Below are positions 12,646-25,203 of a stretch of DNA of 64,000 nt, piece by piece. The notes under the pieces were generated by a model, which ran no database searches, was not told where the DNA came from, and saw nothing but the letters and a program-made list of their open reading frames with translations. Numbering within the stretch: the first letter of the stretch is position 1; every line of letters begins with the position of its first letter. Origin of the DNA: Ministeria vibrans ATCC 50519 (lineage: Eukaryota; Protista; Filasterea); the NCBI GenBank assembly GCA_943704425.1, contig CALSCP010000486.1:1-64000 (forward strand), given 5' to 3'. Position numbers and translations under genes: made by a program.

Positions 12646-13498
12646 AATGTCAAATATAGATAGGTGGTCTACGGAAAGGGTGAAAGAACCGATGAGAGCG
12701 AGGCTACGCGGTCATGACGTGACGATCATTCCAACGCGTTTTTTTTTCTTTTTTTTTTTCCGAAAATCCCCTCAGTGCCAACATCAAGCAGTGAAAACGA
12801 TCCGTTTCAGCAAAGACCTTGTTTCAACACCACCGCTGCATCGCGTCTGGTGATCTGCAGCGCCGCCGTTGCCCAGGAGCCAACAGCGCTTGACGAGAAC
12901 ACTGGCACGTGAATCGGAATCTCACACTCCGCAAATGCCCCTCATCGCCAGAATGACCCCCGCAGCATTGCTCAGTACACTGGGTCCATGGCCCTCACGC
13001 CACGTAAGAGTCCATTTGGACCATAGATCAAAGGATTATCACAAACGAGAATCTGTCACACTCCATCGCAAACGCAACTCGATGCGGTTGCGCGGAAGCT
13101 GGGTGACTGGGCGATCTCAAGCCCTACGAATGCAAACACTCAAAGATCGCTACCTGTGCTTTGTCAAAAAAATTGTAGAATTCAAATTTCCAATTAATTT
13201 TATTTATTATTGTAAATTTATTTATCCAGTGTCTCACTCACGTCAAACTCACGCCGCATGACTTTCCAGTGTTCTGTCTGTGTTCATTTACTGACATTAC
13301 TCAATACTCATTTGGCATCACTGGTTAGAAAAAGGGTTTCTTTGATCAGAGATTGGAAACAGACACTCAATTTTACTATTGTACTACCCGTTCGGAGAGC
13401 GATGAAGACGAAGCGTGGGGATGAGAATGAGGACGAGGACGAGAATAAGATGGGGTCAACGTGTCCAAATAAAATATGTGTGAATACATTACATCTTA

Positions 13499-16400
13499 TC
13501 AAACATTGGACTCAACGATGGGATCGCTCGCCTCGTCTTGAGCTTGACCCACAGTGGGAATGGACTCCCACCCGGCATAAGTGCTGCCAACGACGGTGGT
13601 ATCTTGGTGGGCATTGGTTGTGGGCATGCGGATGATGTAGACGCGATCGGACGAGTTGAGAAGCTGCGAGGGCGGTGGGTTGGTGAAGACAAAGTCGTGC
13701 TTGCCGACAGTGTTGTCGATCGGGCGTGCGCGGCCGCGACGACGCACGCCTTGGCGGTGGTGGAGCGATGACGAGACGTTACTTGTCTCACGATGGGCGT
13801 GGTTGTTCGGGTCGTCGTTGTTGTCGTAGTGGGTGCACGAGCAACGGCACCACGGGAGCACACTGGACCAGCACGAGACATGATGGTGGTGGTGACGTCG
13901 ACGGGGCTGAGGGCGCGGGTCAGTGTCAAGGGTGTCAGGCTGGATGCAGCGAAGGGTGATGAGCAGCGAGCGCAGCCAGGAAGTGCCGCCGCGGGCAGTG
14001 GCTCTGCCAGACGCAACAGTTGAGGAAGAGAACGAGGTCTGGTGCGGACTGGGTCTGGTGCGGAAGAGGCCAATGGCAATGACGCCGTACGTCTTGGCCA
14101 GGTACGAATGGAGCGAGCCGTACGTCTCAAGACGCTCGACAATATTGTTGTCAAGGGTGATGGTGTCGAGCAGGCCCGAGTGCACAACCCACTGGTCGCC
14201 CAGAATGCCCTCGGGGTGGTGGCCTGGTTGCTCGCTCAGATGCACGTCCGTTTTGGAGCGCGTCGTCGCAATGCCCACAAGCGACTCGACGACTTCAATT
14301 AGAAATGGGTTGTAGAAGGCCTGATAGAGCAGCACGTCAAGCATGCTCGCCGACATAACGCGCCCGCGCACGTACTTGCGCTGCGTCATCCACAGCCGCT
14401 CAACGCTGATCATGCGCGAGCTCGTGTCATCGTCGTCGTCGTCGTCATCATCATCGTTGTCGTCGCGGTGACCGCTGTCCCAACGGGTGCGTGTGTGCTG
14501 CGACGCAAACGACGACACGGGTGGGAGCACAGCCGGCGTGTGGCCATCAAGGAGCCGCTCTGCGCTTGACGCTGTCATGTGCTGTGAATGCATGTGAAAG
14601 AGCTGTTGGCGCTCCTCGGTCGCTGGATCGTAGTACTCGCTTGTTGTGTCGTCGACAGGCGCCGTCATAAACTCGTCGCTGAGAAAGCGCATGTTGTCAC
14701 GATGACACAGTTCAGTGATGGGATCCAGCGCAAGCGGGTTGCCCAGGTCACTGCCCGTCTGCTCGCTGTACTGATTGAGCGTCTGCCGCAGACGGTGCAC
14801 CACCGCAATGGTCCGCCCGTCGCTCTGGTACTGCTGGCCGTCTGCCTCGGTGCTGTGCTCCTGCGACGCCAGCACCACAATATCGCATGCCTCGGGCAGG
14901 TGCAGCTTGACAAAGATCTCGTGCGAAAGTGCGTCGCCTACAGCTGCATAGACAAACGGAAAACAACTGAGCGACGAGACCAGCTCGGTCGGGGGACTCT
15001 CCTCAAAGACAATCGCAATCGTCTTGAGATCCGACTCAAAAAGCGCCTCAAGACGCATCAGCTGAACAAACGTGTGCACTCGCGTCGCATACGCCTCAGA
15101 GGCACCCCGCACAATCAACACAATGTGGCCCCGCAGCTGCTTGGGCACAGGCCGCTCGAGAATCGACACTTCTTCGTTACTTGGAACCATGTACACAACG
15201 CGACGTCGCGCACCAATGAACGGGTCGCGACGCACAGGCCCCACTGTGCATTTGCTCGTTTCTGGTCGACGGCGCAAAACGTCACAAAGACCCGCCGGCT
15301 CAGTCGTGAGTGCCACGCCGCCGCCAGCGGTCTGCTGCTGCTGCTCTTGAATGTGATGGTGCGAATGGCGAGCAATGGTTTGCTGGTCAACAAGCATCGA
15401 ATTAGGGCGAGAGCCAGTGGGAAACGCAGGCGTTGAAAAACGTGACAGCAAAACGTCCGAAAGAGCAGTAGGAGCCTCTGAGGGAGTCGCGGTTTCTCTG
15501 CCATGGGTGCTACTGGAGCCCGTGCTGTTGGCCTCCTTATCCCCCTTCACAACCGCACTACTGTGATCGGGTGTGCTTGATGCCTTCAGCGCCTGACACA
15601 GCGACAGCAAATTCCCCCCTTCCACGTCACTATCGTTGTCACTCGGACCCTTCTCAGTCACATTCAGTCCATCGGACGCACTTGTCTCCACTTTGATGGT
15701 TCCCACCATCTCCATCAAGTCTGCTCCCTTGGTCTTTCCACGACCACGACCACCACCACCATCACCCCCCTTCTTGACTGGAGCCACAACCGCTGCCGCT
15801 GTCGTCTCCTGCCTCCCTTCCGTTGGTGTTGCTGCTGTCGCGGCCGCCGCACTCGCTTCGGCCGCCCGTCCACGCGCAATCTGCTCAAAGTTCATCTCAA
15901 ACTCATTCGTTTGGCCAATATACTGCAAAGCACAAGGTTGGTTCGACAGTGAGAGTGAGTGAGTGAGTCGTCTCGAGTGTAAGTGACACAATTACCGCCA
16001 CCACATCAGACTCTTTTAGAATAAGGTCTTCGCCGGGATTCAACCTAAAAGCCTCTGAGCCTCGCTTGATGCCAATCACACACAATCCAAAGTCACGGTA
16101 CACAGTTCTAACGCCAACAAAACCAGTTGTTACAACACAATTCGCAGCACGGTTTGTTGTTTGTTACCGAACAACAAACAAAAAAGATTTGCCAACACAG
16201 CGCTCGACAGAGAAAATGGTCGCGCGATCGCTAATGGTCGCCATGTACAGCTCGTTGCCCCACCCATTGAAGTACTAAACGACAGTGGGAATGAACTCGA
16301 AAGTTTAGCACTTGCACGTCACTGATCAAACTTTTTTTTTTTTACCTCTCCCATCCAACGGGGCATTTTAGTGTCTGAGCTGGGGGGACGGGAGGTGTGG

Positions 16401-17889
16401 ATAAGGTTGGTGAGGAGAGTGGAGGCACCGGGGACGCGACAGGAGATGGAGAGGAAGGCAGCGAGAAGCTCACCCTCGCAGACACGCTGATGCGCCATGC
16501 GCATGTTGGACATGGAGGGCCGCTCGAAGGCATGCAAAAAGACATGGGCGGTGGGAGAGTAGTCCTTGATGGCCCACAAACGCATCACGGTGCGGTTGTC
16601 CTGCTCCAGGTGCGGCGTGCCCGTGCGCTCGGCGATGAGAAAGACGGCGAGGGCTTCGCGCACCCGTGCACGCCGCAGGTCGTAGTTGCTCATGGGCGTG
16701 CCGACCAGCCACCGTGCCCGCTGCCGCCACACCGGCGTGCGCAACATCTCTTTGGTTGCCGCGTCGGGTGTCTGCGTCGACAGAAAGACCACCGACACTT
16801 TGTGATAGATGCGCTGTTCGGCAAAGAACTCGTGAAGAAAGTCACGCAGCGGCGAAAAGAGCAAAGTGCCGCCTACGACAACCACGTGCGCTCCCCCGTG
16901 CGATGCCGGGGTAAACACACCACCCGTCTCCTTCTGAGCCGAGCGCACCGAGTTGACACGGTCGATCTGGCTGGGGAGCACAGAGATGGCAGCGATGATG
17001 ATGAAGATGACAAAGACGCGCCCGAGCACACTTGTGGGCGAGAGGTCGCCGTAGCCCACCGTGCTAAACGTGATAACGGTGAAGTAGAGTCCCTCAAAGA
17101 TGGTCATGTCTTCGATCCCAAACGACGTCTCAATGTACTCAATGCCGCACATTGAGGTGAACACAAAGCTGCCAATGGTGAGCATGAGCGACACCTCTTC
17201 GTGCTGCAGCGCATGCGACTGGTTCGTGTGCGACGACCGTTGCGACAGAAAACGCGCCACCGATCGTCGCATGTTCCAGCAGCGGATGAAGGTTGGGATG
17301 TAGATGGCGCGCCAGGGCGGATGGAACAGAAACACCACAAAGGGAATGCTGCAGACCAGATCGGAGAAGACGTAAATACTCATCATCTTCCGCCAGATGG
17401 GCAGCGTCGAGTCCATGAATATCTTTAAACTTAGCAGCAGGAGGTAGCCAAGGCCAACGCAAAGCTGCGGAGAGGACGAGAGACGAGAGACGAGCGATGA
17501 GCAGTCGCGAATGGAACGAACACTTTCTTGCCTGTATCCAGTAGATTCCACTGGGCCGATCGCCATACGCGTTCCCCACATCCCCCTCGTGGTCAATTGA
17601 TCGCTCCAGAAGGTAAAGGAAGCAGCTAACAAAGTCGAGAAAAACTTCAACGACGAAGATTGCGACAACTAAATTCAAAAAAGAAAAACAGTCTGGGTTT
17701 GAGCACAAGCGAATAAAATGACGCCCTTTGACGAGGCTCCTCTCTCTCTCTCTCTTTCTCTCGAGCAGATTGCGTACTTCCTTCCGAGTTGCGCAAGATC
17801 CAGTCGGCAAGCTGTTGGCGCTTGTCTTTTCGAAATTGCGGGTGGTACAGATCGTTGGAGCCTTTGGGGCGAGGCTGGCTGGCTGACAT
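13499..17889 (-). CDS. Slo-family (KCNT/Slo2-like) potassium channel with two RCK domains
   Basis: Pore TFSTVGYGD. RCK1 HVVVVG..FLHEFF and DNRTVMRLWAIKDYSP (cf. Slo2 ILRAWAVKDFAP), PGASTLLTNL. RCK2 PITEL..NMRF, GRVMSASMLDVLLYQ, TNPP..L..SDRVY. Start codon tentative. Confidence 0.92.
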
Positions 17890-18198
17890 GCAGGCGGGGT
17901 GGGCTAGCAGAGTGTGGGAAGAGGCAGAATGTGAATGAAGGAAATGAAGAATAAGACTGCGCAAGAATTAAGAAAGAGTCATTACGTCGTAGTCAAACAC
18001 GTAAGGTTAACTGTCACACACTTGCCCCGTTGTTGCACATACTGACCATTGGACAATGACTAGTAGATCCAGCGCACCACAAACCTTTACCCGCTTCCGT
18101 ACTCGCACGACGGCATCAGTTGGACGTTTGAGGCCCAACCGGCCACCACGACAACACGGTCCCACGACTCATCGCGTGTAAATATGAATGTTAATAGT

Positions 18199-19392
18199 TT
18201 ACTCTTTGGGTGCAACAAACTCGGTCTTTTCCAAATCTGTCTTTGTTGTCATTTGGCGCTTGAGGCCAAAGCTCATGCCGGATTGACTGGCTCCACCAGT
18301 GAAGCCGGCTTGGGCAGGCATGACCGAGTTATCGCTCGGGATCACCTTGGACGCCGTGCTCTTGAACACCCGCCCGGCGACTGTCGTCCGCAGCACATTG
18401 AGACATTGCATCACCTTCGAAGACAAAGAGGAGAGTCGGACGCGCGTGAGAGAGGGAGGGAGGGTAGTGAAGGGTACCTGGAGCATATTGCTGTTATCAA
18501 ACAGGTCTGCAGTCTGAAACAAACAGGTGGTGGGCACTCCCAAATCCCGTGCCACCGTAATAAACCCATTGATCATTCTGGAGAAAAAGGAGAGGAGAGA
18601 TGAAAGAGTCAAGTTCACTGTGACTGACTGAGTGAAGATGTATGGGGTGGTATACACTTACTCCATCTGCTTGAATGGCATCTTTAGCGGGTCTGTCAGT
18701 TTAAAGGAATCGGGCTTGAGTGCATTCGCGAGTCTACACGACACGCCATTCGGCTGTTGGTTCTGGTCGGCCGATCATGATCATTCGTTGTGCGCTTACT
18801 TGGCGAGTACACTCCCATCCTTCAGCGCCGCATGGATCTCGTCCGGACCATTCGGCAGAACAACCCCAATTGCCGCTTGTACCCACTCCCTCACCTGCAC
18901 ACAGCGCGAAAGCATCAACACATTGGAAATAGCGCACACGAAAAAAAAAAAAACAATAGTCTCTTTTGGTGACGCAGAAGAACTTGCGCCAAAACGGCTA
19001 TGGAAGAGCCCTGCTGGGGCACTCCGCACGCAGCGGCCTTGCTTGGCCCAGCCCACATCGTCCAGCGTGTCTGCTGCGTCCCTCCGCACCGCATAGCGAC
19101 ACACAGACAGCGATCCGTTTGTGTTTCCATTGTCCGATCGCACAACAAAAAAAAACACAACTTACATCTTCCTCCATGCCGGAATCCTGAAGAGCGGTAC
19201 GCCAATAGAGTGTGTTAGTGCATATAGGCAGCGCAGCAGCTCCGCTCCGCGCGCGCTTACGTATTTCTGTCTGAGCTTGGCAGCCAGCTCCGCATCCATC
19301 CCGTACCCTGCAACACACACGGTCACGCGTCGTCGGGTGAGTGGATGCCCCCCGGACCCGCATGGGTCCCTACCTTCTTCTCGGTTCGCCAT
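18199..19392 (-). CDS. Calponin/transgelin/myophilin-like protein (CH domain + calponin repeat)
   Basis: MANR..GYGMDAE..KY, VREWV..LKDGSVL, LFQTADLFD..NMLQV; calponin repeat QAGFTGGASQSGMSFGLKRQ. Confidence 0.92.
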
Positions 19393-19514
19393 GTTGTCTC
19401 CTTTCTATCAAGAAAGAATACGATTAAGATTAATGCTAAGTTGACTAACGTCAGGACCGAATTGAATTGATAAGATAACTGATGTAGTATTTTCTTTCGC
19501 ACCGTTTTTGAACT

Positions 19515-22236
19515 ATGGAAAATTTCAAGGCAGTCATCGACTTTTGCAACGAAGACGAAAAGTTCTTGACCTTCTCCAAAGGAGATGTTCTGCAGGTAAA
19601 CAACCCGTCTCTCGTCGCCTCTGTCTGCTCGCCGTCTCTCTGCCGCCATCCCCGCCCCTTCTGGTGTGCCTTTGTGGTCTAACCCCCCTCTTCCTAACCG
19701 CTCCATACGTCTACTGCTTGTTTGGCGCGTCCAACACTGTTGACGACGACAACAATTCAAAAAGTGTCTCCCTCGCCTCACATAGGTCTACAAGCGCGAC
19801 CATCCGGACTGGTGGATGGCCAAGGATCTGCTAACAGGACGCGTGGGCTGGGTACCGCGCAATGGCATTGTGGCAGAGCCCACAGAGACGCCAATGCCCA
19901 GCGGGACTGCTCGAACTTGCACTGCGCTCCACGACTTCCAAGGCTCTGCTGCGAACCAGGTACGCGCCTCACCCCGCCCCGCTGGGTCTACTCTCTGTGT
20001 ACTGATGGCTGTGTGTGCGTGTGCGTGTGCCGTCTGTGCAGCTGGGATTTGCGCGCGGCGAGACGTTTACCATTGTGCAGGAGCGCGGTGAGTGGTGGGA
20101 TGTCCGTCAGACCTCCAATGGCAAGCAGGGTATTATCCCCAAGTCGTACGTGAGCATCAACGAGCCGCCCAGCATCAAGGCTTCCGGGTCGTCGTCGACG
20201 ATGCTGCCAGCAGCTTCACGCGGATCAACAATGGACTCGGCAGAGAAAACGGAAGTGTTTGACTGGCTGCACACGTCGACGAAGCGCGATGAAGCCACGA
20301 AAATGCTGCGAGCGTTACCTCCCGGTGCGTTTCTCATGCGTAAAGTTGCTTCCAAGGCTGACTGCTACACACTGAGCGTGAAACCACTGCAAGGCACGGA
20401 CGTGACCCACTTCAAAGTGGAACGTCTCGCCAATGGCACCGGCGGCTACTCACTCGACGAACACACACAACTGCCCTCACTCAGTGAACTCGTTGCATAC
20501 TACTCACGCGAACCCATTAACATTGCCACAGGTCGTCTTCGTTTTGCATGTCCTCCACGCAAGCCAACAGCCACAGCGGCTGCTGCCGCTGTACCGTCAC
20601 AGCGTGGTGCGGCTCCCCCTCCTCCTCGCCCCACCACCGCCTCCGTCAACCCTCCTCTTCTCGACGCTACTTCTCTACCACCACCACCCTCCTCCTCCTC
20701 CTCCTCCTCCTCCTCCCTCCGTCGTTCTGCACCACCCCCTCCCACCACCCAACAACAACATCAGCAACAAGCAGCTCCGCCAGTTCCTCCCACCGCAGAC
20801 CTCTCCTCCCCCATCTCCATCGCATCCCGTCTCCAACACGCCGCCACCCAACTCAATCTCATTCCCCCCCCCACCACCACGGCTACCTCTACCACTGCCC
20901 CTCCCCCTCCCGTCCGCCACTCTCAACCCTCCTTTGCTCTCTCCGCTCCGTCCTACGACCCACGCGCTCCTATTGATATTCACGACTCCGTCGCACAGCT
21001 CATCCGCGACAAAACTGGCTGCACAATTCTCAAAGTAACTCCCGTTTCATTCCACTCTGTCACACATCTCTTTTTCACTCTTTTCAGGCTGCCTATGCCG
21101 CTGAGGCTCTTGCCCATCATCTCCTCCAGCAACTTCCGTTGCATACGGACGCTCTTCTCTCCGCCTTTGCTGCGCAAGTCCAATCAAACACTGTCGTCTC
21201 AGCTGCAGCAGTATGATCATCAGCATACAAATTATTTTCGTATCTGATTCACTTTTGATCCATGTTCATTGTAGACGGACGGTTCGCTCTCAGCAGACCA
21301 ACAGCGCTTGAAAGTAATTCTTGAAGAGCTGCACGACTGTCAAAACGACTCACAGCAGCGCAACTGGTCCACCTACGACGACAGCGCAATCATCGCAGAG
21401 TATCTTGAAGAGCTGGTACGCACTCACAAAGAGACACACCGAAAGAGATTGTGTTTCTGTCTGTATTACACTCACCCACTCTGTGTGCGTTTCAATCTCA
21501 CTTTCTTTCTCTATCGCTTTGTTTTTCTCCAATCACTTTGTTTCTCTCTTTTTCTTTCTTTCTTTTTGTGTATTTCATTTCACTCACTCATTCTTTCTGG
21601 ACTGCGAAGGTGACTCTACTCGAGCAGTCTGACCGTCTCGGGTGCGTGTCTGTGCTTGAGTCTCGTCAGTTTGCCTTTATCCACGCACTCATCTCGTACT
21701 ATCAGATGGAAGCCCGTTCGCCCTTACGTCTTCTTCTTCTCAAGGTCTCACTCACTTCTCTCATATACTCACACTCACTCACTCTGGTGCATTCACTACT
21801 TTCTTCTTCAGGTCTTTGGGGCTATTCTGAGTGTTGATGGCGCTACTTTTTTGCCTGTCCTGCTCAATTCTACTGTGGTTCCCAATGAGATTGCCCGTGA
21901 TATTACCAGCGTCACTGAGCAGTCCACAGACCAAATCACAGCAGAAGTACCCTCAAAAAGTTGCAATAAATTATTGTTGTTTCTCATTCAACCCTCTCTC
22001 CCCCTCTCTCCCTCTCTGGCTGTGCCTTACACTCAGACGCGCAAACGATTACTTTACAGTCTTGTGGTTGCGTCAATGCTCTTTGGGAATCCCGCACAAG
22101 ACGGACATGAATCGTGTCCACTCTCAGTCTTTCAGGTGTGGAACACCGAATTGGTTGAGAGACTGCTCAGAGTCATTTATGAAACACAAGCAGACGATGG
22201 TTAGTCACCCCGTCTCACAACCACTGAGACTCACTC

Positions 22237-22279
<43 letters not shown>

Positions 22280-22487
22280 TTCTCTTTATTTCTTTCTCTC
22301 TTATCTCTCTTTCTATTAGTGTCTCTTTGCGACAATGCCACATCGACTCTTCTTGCGCTCAATCTGCAGTTTACTCCCCTCTCATCCACCCCAAACCCAC
22401 TCATTCTCGCTCTCTCCTCCCTCTCCCGTCCCGCATCTGCCTTTGCCGAGCGCATTCTTCTTCTTTTTAACAGAAACGGTAATATCC

Positions 22488-22540
<53 letters not shown>

Positions 22541-22551
22541 CTTTGTTTCAT

Positions 22552-22603
<52 letters not shown>

Positions 22604-23426
22604 CTTTGTTTCTTTCTCCCTCCTCTCTCTCTCTCTATCACTTTGTTTCTTTCTCCCTCCTCTCTCTCTCTATCACTTTGATACTTTCTCGTTTTCCTCT
22701 CTACCATCTGTTTCTTTCTCTCTTTCTCTTTTCTCTCTACTCCCTCTGTCTTTTTTTGTCTCGTTTTTCTGTTTTTCTTGGTGTTTAAACCTCACCTTTT
22801 TTGTCTTGTAGAGGAACCTGTTTCCAATGTCACCTCATCTGAGCCCACTGGTCCCGTTTCCACTCTTAAAATCCTCTGCGTATGGGGTTTTCCCACACCA
22901 CAAAACCCAAACGCAAAGACACTCACTCATTGTTTTTGTCCATAGGATATATTTTCCGATGCCAAATCAGCTGAGCTGTTCTACACCAACGACCGAAAAG
23001 TTCTATGGGATGTCATTATCCGCGAAATCAATGATCTTCCACAAGGCAGTCAGGCAAGCACACAAAACAACCACAGAGACAGCAATACCCAATAGAGAGA
23101 GACGAAGACACACACACACACACACACATACCTGCATACGCATACACACACACACACACACGATAGAGAGACAAGATAATCTTATTGCTCACCCACACGC
23201 ACACCCGTAGACCCGCTTGCACTACCTGCGCCTGCTACACCTGACGCTTGAGCACTCACGAGGCGTGCCCCACCGGCCCGACGACATCCTGCGCGCCCTC
23301 AATCACCTCCAGGCCGAAGACGACACGCTCCTTACCGATGCCTCAACCCAGGACACTCAGCGCGAAACACGCGACATCTCTCAGTTCTTACTCGACACCT
23401 TTTTTGACACAAACTCGCTCTGCTAA
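19515..23426 (+). CDS. NCKIPSD: SPIN90/WISH/DIP-family Arp2/3 activator with SH3-SH3-SH2 N-terminus
   Basis: SH3-1 (FKAVIDF..DWW..GWVP), SH3-2 (ALHDF..GEWW..GIIPKSYV), SH2 (WLH..PGAFLMR..YTLSV..SLSELVAYY), Pro-rich linker, then SPIN90 motifs DSQQRNWSTYDD..EYLEEL, YYQMEAR and FYTND..L.DVIIREI.DL. Confidence 0.85.
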
Positions 23427-23471
23427 TGAAACCACACACGCCCACACACAATGTCTTACTACGTCCTTTAT

Positions 23472-23740
23472 TTAATCTTCCTCGTCCTCCTCCTCTTCGT
23501 CCTTCTGTGTCACCGACGAGGTGACTGCCTGAGACATTTGCAACAACTTTGCGCCGAGGCCGTGGTACTCGCCGTACTTTCGAACGTCCTCCTCTGTCAC
23601 CTGTGCTCCGTGGTCCTTCTTCAAAAAATACCGCTGGTACTGCAACAAAAGACACAAACACACAAACACACACAAACGCAAATAGTGAGTTGCAGTGCAA
23701 CAATGAAATATTCAAACAGGCTGAGTCGGTTTCACTGACA

Positions 23741-23816
<76 letters not shown>

Positions 23817-25004
23817 GTGAATCAATGAGTATCAAAAGACTTACCTGAATCATTTGCTTGATGTACGGCCATCGCTCGGGGTCCTTTGCGCCCTTGCGCG
23901 CAGCCGCGGCCAACATTTGCTCCACCGACGTAAACTCCCACCACACATTGACGCCAATGTTACGGTCAAAGCTGCGCACTTGGTGGAACCAGCCCTGTGG
24001 AATGTACAGTGCGTCGCCCTTGTTGAGCACCGCCAAGTGGTGCTTTGCCTTGCCAAAGTCAGGGTACTTGTCCAGGTCCACTGCGTCCACATCCGCAGGT
24101 CCCGTCCCTAAGATCTACAAACACAACGTCATCATGTACCTTTCTTTCACCGTCTCTCTCATTCTCCTCATTCTCCCTTTGCTTGATTCTTACCTTTGCC
24201 TCGTATGGATGAAGGTTGGCGACCTCTTCTGGTGCGTACAGCACAAGCTGTTTTGTGCCGTCCACAAGCGTAAGAATGTTCTCGTACGTGTCCACGTGCA
24301 GCAGTGACTTGGTGCCGCCACTGCTAAACCAGATGTTGATCTCTACCAAATGTTTCAATGCCTAAACAAAGACAATGAACACACACACAGATGGCTCGGC
24401 AAAATGTGCACTCTCGACGCACCGCATCAACAATGAGCGGTTTAGGGAATCCCAGGTCGCGCATCATTCGATGCGGAAGCACATGTACAAGATACATCTC
24501 GGGCGACGGCAACTTGTAGCGCTGCAGGAACCTATCAAACGCAGAGGGCGGTCAGCGAGTGCGGTGTGCGCCCGTGCGTCGTACTGTGCCAGTGTCATGG
24601 CATCGCTGGGGTCGCTGCGGTTCTCTTTCTTGCCGTACTCCACGTCCATCATCAAGTCCCCAAACTCCCGCGTCAGGTACTCGTCGTCTTGCCACCGCTT
24701 CAAGGCAGGCCAATCCTGCAAGGAGTCACAGTGCGAGTTTGAACAACCTCACCGCACAACAACCCCCACAGCGCTCCCTGTGGCCGTTTGTTCCGCTGAA
24801 CCGTACCGCTGCAGCCTGACGCATGATCACTGGCGTGTGTGTGAGGACGTACTTGGTGAAAAACTCCTCAGGCGACGGGAACCCGTCGATCTCCTGAGCG
24901 TTGCCCATAAACACGCCCTGCTCGCCCAACGGCTTCCACTGCTTGCCCTCCTCAGACGCACTGATGCCCACCACCAGCCCAACCAGTAGTGCACCAAGCA
25001 GCAT
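23472..25004 (-). CDS. JmjC (cupin-like 8) 2-oxoglutarate/Fe oxygenase with signal peptide
   Basis: Signal peptide MLLGALLVGLVVGISA; WPALKRW.DDEYL, WFSSGGTKSLLHVD, GDALYIPQGWFHQVRS (HxD..H triad); acidic C-terminus. Confidence 0.9.
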
Positions 25005-25203
25005 TGTAAAAAAGATTGATTGCACCGCAGCGAGGGCCGAGGGCCCGAGAGATCAGAGACCGCAGATTATCATTATACAGTCTGATCGAACTCGAAGTCG
25101 ACTCGATTTTTCATTTTTCAATCGACTAAATTATTCGACTTTTCATATTTTATTAAAGCAACTTCAAATAAATTGTTCTCACCTTGAGCCTCACTCCCTG
25201 CTC

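Noticed and set aside
12860-13261. 130-aa ORF / moderately GC-rich stretch between cytochrome c and the Slo gene
   Set aside because: No recognisable motif or convincing splice structure; cannot support a gene.
22530-22682. ctctatcact motif resembles a tetO half-site
   Set aside because: Not a full palindromic operator; embedded in CT microsatellites; no vector sequence.
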